From: Malacoraja senta
Taxonomy: Eukaryota
Assembly (NCBI GenBank): GCA_038087875.1
Contig: CM076000.1
Span: forward strand, 1,364,001 to 1,428,000
Direction: 5' to 3'
Length of the DNA stretch: 64,000 bases
The position numbers were made by a program, and so were the translations under genes. Shown piece after piece: positions 48,279-59,415 of this stretch (its first letter is position 1; each line of letters opens with the position of its first letter). The notes below the pieces were generated by a model, which saw only the letters and a program-made list of their open reading frames with translations, did not search any database and had not been told where the DNA came from.

Positions 48279-51200
48279 TTAAATAAGGGATGGGGGGTGG
48301 GGGGTGTCAAATGAGATAGTCAAGGACAGAGTTAAAGGGAAAGAGAGTAAAGGGATAGTTAATAACCCCAGAATTAACATGAAAGAAAGCTCACAAAGGG
48401 ATAGGAGAGTATGGCCAAGTGTAATAGGGATCGATAATAAAAGTATCTTCCTTACGCATCTCACCTTTCACATCGATCCCTATTACACTTGGCCATACTC
48501 TCCTATCCCTTTGTGAGCTTTCTTTCCCGGGAATAAAAGTATTGTATATGAATGCGCGAAGTATAAGAAGTAAAGTAGATGAGCTTGAGGCTCAGTTAGA
48601 AGTTGGTAGATAAGACATTGTGGGGATTATTGAGACGTGGCTGCAGGAGGATCGGGCCTGGGAACTTAATATTCAGGGTTATACATCTTATAGAAAGGAC
48701 AGGCAAGTGGGCAGAGGAGGAGGGGGGGGGGGTAGCTCTGCTGGTGAGGGATGGAATTCAGTTCCTTGCGAAGGAAGACATAGGGACTGACGAGGTAGAG
48801 TCACTGTGGATTGAGTTGAGGAATTGTAAAGGCAAGAAGACACTAATTGGTATTATCTACAGACCCCCAAATAATAGCCCGGATGTAGGGTGTAAGTTGC
48901 AGCAGGAGTTAAAACTGGCAAGTAACAAAGGTAATGCCACTGTGGTGATGGGGGATTTCAATATGCAAGTAGACTGGGAAAATCAGGTTGGTTCAAGACC
49001 CCAAGAAAGAGAGTTTGTAGAGTGCCTCCGAGATGGATTCTTAGAGCAGCTTGTAATGGAGCCAACCAGAGAAAAGGCAATTCTGCATTTAGTGTTGTCT
49101 AATGAACCAGTTTTGATAAGATAACTCGAGGTAAAGGAGCTGCTTGGAGGTAGTGATCATAATATGATTAGTTTTAATCTGCAATTTGAGAAGGAGAAGG
49201 TTAAATCGGAAGTGTCAGTGATGCAGTTGAACAAAGGGGACTATGAAAGCATGAGAGAGGAGCTGGCCAAGGTAGACTGGAAAGGGATCCTAGCTGGAAT
49301 GACGGTGGAACAGCAATGGCAGGAATGTCTGGGCATAATCCGGAAGACGCAGGATCATTTCATTTGAAAAAGGAAGAAAGATTCTAAGGGGAGTAGGAGG
49401 CAACCGTGGATGACAAGAGAAGTTATGGATAGAATAAAACTAAAAGAAAAGATGTATAACACAGCAAAGAGTAGCTGGAAGCCAGAGGATTGGAAAATTT
49501 TCATAGGACAACAGAAGGAAACAAAACAGGCAATACGGGCTGAAAAGATGAAGTATGAGGGGAAGCTGGCCAGGAATATAAAGAAGGACAGTAAAAGCTT
49601 CTTTAGATATGTTAAGGGAAAAAGAGTAGCAAAGTCGAATGTGGGTCCCTTGAAGGCAGACACGGGTGAAATTATTATGGGTAACAAGGAAATGGCAGAA
49701 GAGTTGAACAGGTACTTCGGATCTGTCTTCACTAAGGAAGACACAACCAATCTCCCAGATGTACTGGAAGACAGAGGATCTAAGGGGGTAGAGGAACTGA
49801 AATAAATTTTCATTAGGCGTGAAATAGTATTGGGTAGGCTAATGGGACTGAAGGATGATAAATCCCCTGGGCCGGATGGTCTGCATCCCAGGGTCCTCAG
49901 GGAGGTGGATCTAGAAATAGTGGACGCATTGGTGATCATTTTCCAATGTTCAATAGATTCAGGATCAGTTCCTGTGGATTGGAGGATAGCTAATGTTATC
50001 CCACTTTTCAAGAAAGGAGCGAGAGAGAAAGCGGGGAATTACAGACCAGTTAGCCTGACTTTGGTGTTGGGAAAGATGCTGGAGTCAATTATTAAAGAGG
50101 TAATAATGGGGCATTTGGATAGCAGTAAAAGGATTAGTCCAAGTCAACATGGATTTATGAAAGGGAAATCATACTTGACTAATCTTCTGGAATTTTTTGA
50201 GGATGTGACAAGTAAAATGGATGAAGGGGAGCCAGTGGATGTAGTGTATCTAGACTTTCAGAAAGCCTTTGATAAGGTCCCGCACGGGAGACTGATGACT
50301 AAAATTAGAGCACATGGTATTGGGGGTAAGGTGTTGACATGGATAGAAAATTGGTTAGCAGACAGGAAGCAAAGAGTAGGAGTGAACGGGTCATTTTCAG
50401 AATGGCAGGCAGTGGCGAGTGGAGTGCCGCAAGGCTCGGTGTTGGGGCCGCAACTGTTTACCATATATATTAATGATTTGGAAGAGGGAATTAGGAGAAA
50501 CACTAGCAAGTTTGCGGATGACACAAAGCTGGGTGGCAGTGTGAACTGTGAAGAGGATGTTAGGAGGTTGCAGGGTGACCTGGACAGGTTGAGTGAGTGG
50601 GCAGATGCGTGGCAGATGCAGTATAATATAGATAAATGTGAGGTTATCCACTTTGGCGGCAAAAACAAGGGAGCAGATTATTATCTCAATGGGGTTAGGT
50701 TAGGTAAGGGGAAGGTGCAGCGAGACCTGGGTGTCCTTGGACACCAGTCACTGAAAGTTGGCGTGCAGGTACAGCAGGCAGTGAAGAAAGCTAATGGAAT
50801 GTTAGCCGTCATAACAAGAGGATTTCAGTATAGGAGTAAACAGGTTCTTCTGCAGTTGTGTAGGGCTCTGGTGAGACCACATCTGGAGTATTGTGTACAG
50901 TTTTGGTCTCCTAATTTGAGGAAGGACATCCTTGTGATTGAGGCAGTGCAGCTTAGGTTCACGAGGTTGATCCCTGTCATATGAGGAAAGATTGAAAAGA
51001 CTAGGCTTGTATTCACTGGAGTTTAGAAGGATGAGGGGATATCTTATAGAAACATATAAAATTATAAAAGGACTGGACAAGCTAGATGCAGGAAAAATGT
51101 TCCCAATGTTGGGCGAGTCCAGAGCCAGGGGCCACAGTCTTAGAATAAAGGGGAGGCCATTTAAGACTGAGGTGAGAAAGAACAGTTTCACCCAGAGAGT

Positions 51201-51438
51201 TGTGAATTTGTGGAATTCCCTGCCACAGAGGGCAATGGAGGCCAAATCACTGGATGGGTTTAAGAGAGAGTTAGATAGAGCTCAAGGGGCTAGTGGAATC
51301 AAGGGATATGGGGAGAAGGCAGGCACGGGTTATTAATTGGGGACGATCAGCCATGATCACAATGAATGTCGGTGCTGGCTTGAAGGGCCAAATGGCCTCC
51401 TCCTGCACCTATTTTCTATGTTTCCATCTATGTCTATG
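48279..51438 (+). mobile_element. CR1 LINE (ORF2 with stops and frameshifts), same subfamily as CR1 A, opposite orientation
   Basis: EN motifs (YRPPN, MGDFN, SDH), 384-aa RT ORF at 49830-50984, tail ttctatg..tctatg. Near-identical to the reverse complement of 12496-13914 and 8855-9408. Confidence 0.93.
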
Positions 51439-51830
51439 AAGTGGGTCTGTTGCAGTGTTTGGATAATAAGGGACTGGCTTGAATTTTATGTGTGGTGGTC
51501 CTACACATTTTCATACAACCTGTTGCATTCCCTATCTTTTGTAAGGATCCACTATATGTGTATCCCCTATGCGCCCGAAGGTTGTGGATCATGTGCAGGC
51601 AGATAAGATTAATGTATCTTGGCCTCATGTCCAGCATAGATATTGTGGACATGCTGGGCTGGGAAAATAATGGGCCTGTTTCTGTGCAGTACTTTTCTTT
51701 GTTTTATGTTTTAATTAAAGTTGTCAAGGTATCATTGTTTTTATTTGTCAACATCTTATCTTATCTCTATATAATTATAAAACTCTGATCTTGGATGTGG
51801 ATGTATTTATTTGTGTGTGTGTGTATTTGT

Positions 51831-52716
51831 ATTGTATTGTATTGTACATTTTAATGACCACACAGCCAGGCTGGTGGAATTTGTTATCAGTACAGGTTCC
51901 AACATTTCATCAACATTAAACTTATAACATAGATGTACATACAGACAGACACATTACATAATACATAAGTGCCATGCTTATTCTTATTCCTCACCGTACA
52001 GAGTTTAAATGTTAATTGCAGTGGGAATGAAACTGTTTTTGAGGCGGCTTGTTTTGGAGGCAATTGACCTGTAACACCTCCCAGAGGGCAGTAGCTGAAA
52101 GGCATAGTGTGCAGGGTGGGTAGGATCAGAAATGATCTTGCGGGCTCTGTGCAGTGACCGTTTGTGATAAAGGGATTCAAGGGATGGTAGGGGTAAGCCA
52201 ATAATTTTTGATGCTCTGTTGATGATGCGCTGTAATTTCTTCCGGGAGAGTGAGTCGAGACTGCCGAACCAGACTGTGATGGATGAAGTGAGGATGCTTT
52301 CAATGATGGCTGTATAGAAGCGGAGCATGAGATGAGATCTTACTCTGAACTTCCTTAGCTGTCGGAGATGGAAAAGTCTTTGCTGGGCTTTCCCATAAAT
52401 GTGGTCTGCGTTTGTCCTCCATTTGAGGTTGTTGCTGATGTGGGTTCCAAGGAGTTTGAATGTGTCAGTGATGGAGATGGATTCATCATTAATGATCACA
52501 GGAGTTTTGGGGGATGGCTGGCGCCTTGGGTCGATGATAAGTTCTTTTGTTTTTGATGAATTGAGTAAGAGGTCATGGTCTGTGCACCAGGTCACTGCTT
52601 GGTTGACCTGTGCACGGTATTCAGTTTCTTGGTTGTTGGTGATGAATCCTATGATGGTTGAGTCGTCCGCGTACTTGTACAGGTTGACGGAGCTGTGGTG
52701 GGATGTGAGCTGGTTC
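51831..52716 (-). mobile_element. Rex1/Babar-like LINE 3' fragment nested in the Helitron
   Basis: 246-aa ORF with KYADDSTIIG, LNSSKTKELIID and LLPSGRCYRS; (CAATA)n tail; possible 6-bp TSD ATTTGT at 51825-51830 and 52717-52722. Confidence 0.85.
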
Positions 52717-54469
52717 ATTTGTGATTCACATCCCCTCGAAAACACAACACGCTAACGGTGAAATTTTTACATATTCCGATAGAGATTTACGCCGTGATGT
52801 CAAAAATCATACAATCTGAAAATTTGATGCATTACTTCCCGAGTTATTTATGAAAATGTTCAAAAATTTCAAATAACTTGGTAAATAAACGAGATGGTCT
52901 CGCTGATGATGTCACAATGGCTCTGCCTGCCTGCCTCTGCTCGCGCTGTCACAATGGCTGTGCCTGCCTGCCTCAGCTCGCGCTGCGAGTGACATCACCC
53001 CTGTTCTGTCTTCTGTACTTCTTGGCTTCTTAACTTTCACTTCTTTAAATTTGTCACTTAGCATTTTTAAACTGCTGCTCAGGTCGTGCTGCGCGCTCCA
53101 CTGGGCTCCTTGAAGTTCTAGAACATTGCGGCGGCGTCCGTTATCTTCGCACGGGCGCGGGTGAGGGTGCGGAACAGCGCGTTGGGAAGTTGATCGTGGC
53201 GGCCATTACTCTCTCTGGGAGAGGCCATCTATGAAAACCTGCGATTCCTCCATCGATCGCAGGGACTCGGGGAATCATGACGCCTTTTCCTCGCTGGTGA
53301 ACCCGATCACACCTGGCCGTCACAGGATTCGACCTTCTCTCTGCCTCCCCCGCCCGATCATCTGTCACGCGGGTTGGTGGGCTTCCCCTCGCAGAAGCCA
53401 TGATCGGCCGGCCCGCCGCTGCTTTTGACCATCCTCAGATCACTCCGGGCCTCGCTCAGGTCCACGCCGGCCGCAGCCTAGCTCGGGCTTGGCGCCTGGT
53501 GGGGAGTCTGCTGCTCTACGACCTGTGTAGGTGCTGCCTCTAACTCCTCCCCCTTCCTCTCTACCCAGTCCCTGGGGCAGAGAAAGAGAGACAGTGAGGG
53601 GGTGGGAGGGAGAGGGGGGGAAGGGAGGGCGGAATAGAGGGGGGGAGAGAGGGGGGGTGGAGAGAGGGGGGTGAAGAGAGGGGGGGTGGTGGTGGAGGGA
53701 GGGTGGGAGAGGTGGGTGGGAGAGGGGGGGTGGAGAGAGGGAGAGGGGGTAGGAGGGGGAGGGGGGAGAGGAGAGGGAGGGAATAGAGGGGGGGGGAGAG
53801 GGGGTGGTGAGGGGGTGGAGAGGGGGGGAGGAGAGGGGGGGTGGAGAGGGTGGTGGGGAGGGGGGCCTTGCTCGAGTACACACCCACCCGCAGCCTAGCT
53901 CTGGCTCGATGCCTGGTGGGGAGGCTGCTGCTCTATGACCTGGGTAGGTGCTGCCTCTACCCCCTCCCTCTGTGTCCCGAGAAAGCCCGAGAGCTGCCGA
54001 GAGCTTCCGAGGTCGATGCATGACGCACGCTAGCGCCTCGTCTCGGGTTTCCAGAGCCGCCAAGAGCTTTGGTCGACGCACGACGCACGCTAGCATTTCG
54101 AGAACATTCTTCAAATTCTTCCCCAACGGTCATTCTCACTTTGTTTGTGAAGAACGAAGTGCTGACACACATCTCTAAAGATAAGAGACTGATTGAATGT
54201 CATTGTTTTGTTTTATCTTCGGAACCGTTGCATTTTTTGTTCTTTATAGACATTCTGGTGTCTCACATAACTGTACTAATTCTTAAAGATAACATTTAAT
54301 TTCAAACACAGCGCTTTTTTTAATGTTAAGCTGCTTTTTTGGTAAGACCATTTTGAAAAAATTGATCTGTCTTTTTTATTGACAACTGAGTTTAAAATCA
54401 TTGTTTTGTTTTAACTTCAAAAATGTTGCATTTTTTGTTCTTTAAAGACATTCTGGTGTCTCACTTCTA

Positions 54470-55306
54470 GGGAAGCCGCATGATGGCAGCTTCTGCCTAC
54501 AGTCTGTCTGTTTTTCCATCTTTTTTAAATTTTTAGTCTTTTTAAAAGTATATGTTTGAGTATTTCTCAGTATTTTTATGTGGGGGAGGTGGGTAGGGTA
54601 AGGGGGAAACTGTTTTCCAGTCACTTCCTGCCGAGGATGCGACTATTCTCCGAGTCGCGTCCTCGCCCCCCCCCTCGTGGCCTACCAACTGGATTGGCGC
54701 GGCCTTTCCTGCCGGAGACCGGACCAGAGCTTCAGTGGCGGCGCAGGACTGGATTCACTGCGGGGCAGGCGATGCCTTACCTGGATCGCCGTTTGAAGCT
54801 CCGGACTGTTGGGCCTGCTCCTTCAACATCGTGGAGCTGTGGTTGCGGAGCTCCCAGCCGCGAGCGGAGCAGATTTTAACATCGCGGAGTCCTGGGATCC
54901 CTTTCCCGAGGGTCGGCAGCGTGAATCTCTGCCTAGCACGGCCTGTGGATTTCGGGAGCCACGTGGCCGATTCGGAACTCCAAGCTGCTGAGGGTGTTCT
55001 TCCTTTCCGACGTTGGAGTTCCATCATCCCGGCGAGAGGGCCTGAATATCGGGCTGCCCGTAGCGGCGACAGCGGGGGGCTCGGGAGGCCCCGACCACGT
55101 GTGAACAACAAAGAACATCAAAGAGGAGGATGACTGAACTTTGGTGCCTTCCCTCACAGTGGGAAATTTTGATTCCGTTGTGTGGGGATGTTTATGTTAA
55201 AGTCTATCGTGTTCTGTGTTTTTTTTTTATTCGTATGGATTTCACTGTACCAATTGGTGCATGTGACAATAAATGTCTCTAGAATCTCTTGAATCTCTTG
55301 AATCTT
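54470..55306 (+). mobile_element. GC-rich non-autonomous retroelement (SINE-like) nested in the Helitron
   Basis: Ends gtgacaataaatg followed by a (AATCTCTTG)n tail and interrupts a repeated Helitron-internal unit. Confidence 0.55.
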
Positions 55307-55849
55307 AATTTCAAAGACAGCACTTTTTTTAAATTTTAAGCTGCATTTTGGTAAGACTCCATTTTGAAAAAATTGATCTGTCTTTTTTATTGACAACTGA
55401 TATTGAAAAACATTGTTTTGTTTTGTGTCCCTCTCTGTGCCCCTTTGTCCCTCTCTGTGCCCCTTTATCCCTCTCTGTGCCCCTGTTGCCCTCTCTGTGC
55501 CTCTGTGTCCCTCTCTCTCTACCCCCTCCCTCTCTAGCCACGCCTGCGAGTTGGGGGCTATGCGTGAGTGACTAGGGGGGGAGGATGGGGTGAAAGGAGC
55601 GAATTAATAATATTAATATAATATCAAGGTTAGTGTGTGTGTGTGGGGGATGGTTAGTGAGTGTGGGGGGTGGTTAGTGTGTGTGTGTGATGCTGCAGGC
55701 CGTCCCCCCCCCCAACGGGTCCCCCTTGGTCTAGTAATTTATAAAGATTTTCATAAAATGTACAACAAAGAGAATGCATCTAATGTATGCATACAGGCAT
55801 GTTATATATACAGAATGTTATATTTATATTAGTGGCAATATTTATTTAC

Positions 55850-55960
55850 CTTGTATAACTGGGTATCATAAGAGCAGAAAAGCTGCCATACATCCGGGAA
55901 AGATATATTGATGATATCAAACATAAATGACTCCCAGAACAATGAAAGGATACTTCTAAC
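55850..55960 (-). CDS. RFX8: RFX8 exon (VRSILSLFWESFMFDIINISFPDVWQLFCSYDTQLYK)
   Basis: Acceptor TCATAG|GTT, donor AAG|GTAAAT. Matches V..LL.SFW.S...S.PDV.QLF..YD.QLYK. Confidence 0.92.
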
Positions 55961-57289
55961 CTATGATAACATATAATTATGTTCATTGTTAGGATGTGCC
56001 TCTATTTGCAAAATATTTTCATTCAAACTAATGATTTTCATAAATTCCTTATGCCACATGCTAGCAATATTACACAATACAGACTATTCAGAAATATGCA
56101 AAATTATTACAATTGAAGAGTAACTTGTAAATGTATTCAATAATTAGAGATATCATGTCTAAATTAAAACCCAGTGTTGTTTTAACTGCAGTTTGCATCC
56201 TTACTATAGTATACCTATTAACAGTGATAATTTACCCTTTTTTTGTTTTGTAAAACATCTCATACATAGGAACAGATTTAATTAATTACCTATAATTCAT
56301 ATTTACATGCACTCGCACATACATGCAAACAGACATCTGCCTTTAGCATAAAAAGGAAAGGAAATCCTGGACATTAATCCAGAGAAAAGGACACATTATT
56401 GCTGGCGTTAAAATGAGCTGAAGACAAAATCAACGAGGTTGAATAAAGAATGTTTCTTTTAAAGTAAGGGAGGAATTTATTCTGAATTGACTTAACTTCC
56501 ACAACATAAGAGTCATGAAAATAATGCAGATTGATTGAAGGAGCTCTGAGAACCATGTTTAAATTCTCAAGGTGCTTGTGCCTCTGAATGCTGCATTAAA
56601 TGTGGCCCTAATCGCCCTGAGAAAATGATGGTAATAGTGGGACTTTTCCTGGAGCTGCTGGAATTGACGTATGATTTGGGAGAGAACTTGAAAATTCTCT
56701 GCCCAGAACCCAATGGAGGCTCTTCCATGGATCGGACAGGCAAGTAGGCGATTTATGAGGCAGCATGCTCCTTTTACAGGACTTCTGTATACTCCAAATG
56801 CATGAACTCAAGGCTAATGCTAATCAGCACCATTTCAAATGGTCCTTCTCTATATTGAACAGTCATGGGCCAGAGACTCAGAGGAATCAATGAAAATATC
56901 GTATTTCTTCAAGAAGATTTTGCGTCCTTAAATATTTTTCTCTACCTGCTTGGTAATTGCTTCCACTCACAGAACTTGGCATGCGCTGACTACTTTGGTG
57001 TCTGGTGTTGAGCATGCCAATGCTGCTGATTGAGTTTAATAGGTCCTGTTTGTCTGGGAAATTAACATTGGTTTGTTTATCCTTCCAATAAATTTTGAGG
57101 ATCTTACAAACACACACTATTACTATGTGATTCACAGTAACATTAGGTTTGGGAGGAATGTGCACCGTAGCTCTTGTGGGAGAAATGAACCACTGAAAAT
57201 CTGAACTGAGCTATGATCTAATTAGATTGCTTTTGAGAATTTGAGTCAATTCCTGGCTCTGTAAATTAGATTAATAAGACCAAGGAAAA

Positions 57290-57855
57290 TCAGCATGTCT
57301 CCTGACTCTTACAAACGTCTACAGATACAGCAGTGAAAGCCTTTGTTTGGGAAGAGCGCTGCCCAAGATCACAAGAAATTGCAGAGAGTTGTCGATGTAG
57401 CCCAGTCCATCACACATACCAGCATCACCCCCATCAACTCCATCTACTTTACATGCTGTCTTTGGAAGGCAGCCAACATAATCAAGGACCATTTACTACC
57501 CAGTCATTTTCTCTTCTTCCATCTCCCGTCGCGTAGATGAGACAAACGTTTGAAAGCACATGCTACCAGATTTAAGAACAACTTCTTTCTCGCTTCCTTC
57601 AGACCACTGAACAGTCCTCCCATAAATAAGCCAAGGATATAATGGTGATCTAACCTATCTCATTGTGCCTCTTGCTTTTTTTTATTTGGACTTTCTCTCA
57701 GTTTTAATACTGAAATGCTGTAATACTATATTCTGTATTATATTTTTCTCCTTGTACTACCTGTATGGCTTGATTGTAAACATAATGTGACTGGATAGCA
57801 TGCAAACAAAGTTATTAATTGTATCGTGGTACACGTGACAATAATAAACCAAACT
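57290..57855 (+). mobile_element. Old Rex1/L2-like LINE 3' fragment
   Basis: KKLQRVVDVAQSIT..LPSR remnants and an ending gtgacaataataaac. Confidence 0.6.
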
Positions 57856-57920
57856 AATACTAATAAATTAATAATTTATAGGTTAATACTACATTGATAT
57901 TATTTACAAGAATTAAATAC

Positions 57921-57998
57921 CTTCTCAAGTTGATTGCTTCTAACATGATGTAGGACTTCTTGACAATGGTTATAATATGAATCTGCAACTACTGTAAA
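57921..57998 (-). CDS. RFX8: RFX8 exon (FTVVADSYYNHCQEVLHHVRSNQLEK)
   Basis: Acceptor TTTTCTTAG|TTT, donor AAG|GTATTT. RFX B-domain-like Y..HC..IL..V. Confidence 0.88.
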
Positions 57999-58104
57999 CT
58001 AAGAAAACCATAGAAGAAAATCAGGTCAAAGCACTTTATGAGGCGTAAATACAGTATCTTGACAATTATTTGATTGGAGGAAATGAAAGACTTATACTTT
58101 TCAC

Positions 58105-58188
58105 CTGAGTAGAATATTTCCCTTCCAGTTCTTGCTCCCACGAGGTAAACCGAGCCAATTCATGGGAAGACCCACCAAGACTTTCAAT
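58105..58188 (-). CDS. RFX8: RFX8 exon (IESLGGSSHELARFTSWEQELEGKYSTQ)
   Basis: Donor CAG|GTGAAA, weaker acceptor AATAAAG|ATT. Resembles human ..SEFRRCPFLEQEQAKKYS; boundaries are less certain. Confidence 0.78.
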
Positions 58189-59049
58189 CTTTATTGTAAT
58201 TAATAAAACATATATTAGAAATATTCAATGGTTAAAACATGGTGATTAATATTGTCTACCATCAATTAAACCTTTACAATAATGTTGCTTGAATTCCCTC
58301 AGTGCATAGAAATGAGCATAGAAATAACTCTACCATTACAACTGTTGATTTGAACAAATAGGACACAAAGTGCTGGAGTAACGCAGTGGGTCAGGCAGCA
58401 TCTCTGGAGAATATGGTTAGGTAACGTTTTGGATCGGGACCCTTCTTCCAACTGAGTTTGAGTCCGAAGAATGGTCTCGATCACTTATTCATGTCTAATC
58501 TGAAGAAGGGTCCTGATCCAAAATGTCACCTATCCATGTTCTCCAGTGATGCCGCCTGACCCGCTGGATTATTCCAGCACGTTTTTATGTAAACAAGCAT
58601 CCGCAGTTCCTTGTTTCTACTTTGACTTGAACAAATACCTAACCATGTTAAAGTTTGTAAAGTTGTATAGAATAGCATTACTCTCACACAACAGATGATT
58701 TAGTGATATGTTGAAAATACTGATAAATAATTTTACTACCATTTTGTTTTTGAAATAGATTAATGGAATCAATAAGTCTTATTGATAAATAAATTCTTCT
58801 TTTACCACAGAACAAAGATTGTTTAAAAACTGGAGTTGTTCATTAATTAAATGGATAGTAGAGCAGGCATTCCATGCTGCGCTGTGACCTGGTCTGGCAT
58901 CATTTTGACCTCTGTAATTGCTACAAACCACACATAAATGATATATAAGTGTGCATGACCCATATTTGTACACTAAGGAATTTCTACTGGAACCTTGTAA
59001 GACTGTAACTGCAAATCTGAATACCTTAAATATTATTTGATTTACAAAC

Positions 59050-59110
59050 CTTTCTGCATTTATTACTGATGGTAAAGAAACTTTCTCCTTCCAAATTGGA
59101 AAAGTCTAAG
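59050..59110 (-). CDS. RFX8: Probable RFX8 linker exon (SLDFSNLEGESFFTISNKCRK)
   Basis: Acceptor TTCTAG|C and donor AAG|GTTTGT. Its phase 2-to-0 bridges the 62262 and 58188 exons, but sequence homology is weak and an alternative candidate exists at 58806-58920. Confidence 0.55.
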
Positions 59111-59415
59111 CTAGAATTTGGAAAACAAAAGGAAAACATGTCAACATTATCATGCTAAAGAAAGGCTTGTGTTATTGGAGCATATTTCACCGTCACAGGA
59201 ATACAAAATACTCTACAGCCAATTAAGTATTTTCAATCAAAAGATGCTTGAGGAACTCAACAGGCCAGGCAGCATCTGTACAGGGAAATGGACAAATGTC
59301 TTCCTGCAGCACTTGAGGTTCTCCAGTCACAAAATTTCCCCAGCACTTGAATTTCTTGCTCAAGATTCCAGCATTTGCAATCTCTTGTGTCTCCAAAATA
59401 AATTATAGTTAATTA

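Larger units (their letters stand above)
51764..55734 (+). mobile_element. Composite non-autonomous Helitron of about 4 kb
   Basis: 5' end A|TCTCTATATAATTATAAAACTCTGATCTTG, like the other copies; 3' end CCCAACGGGTCCC..GGTCTAG|T; no TSD; AT target. Confidence 0.75.
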
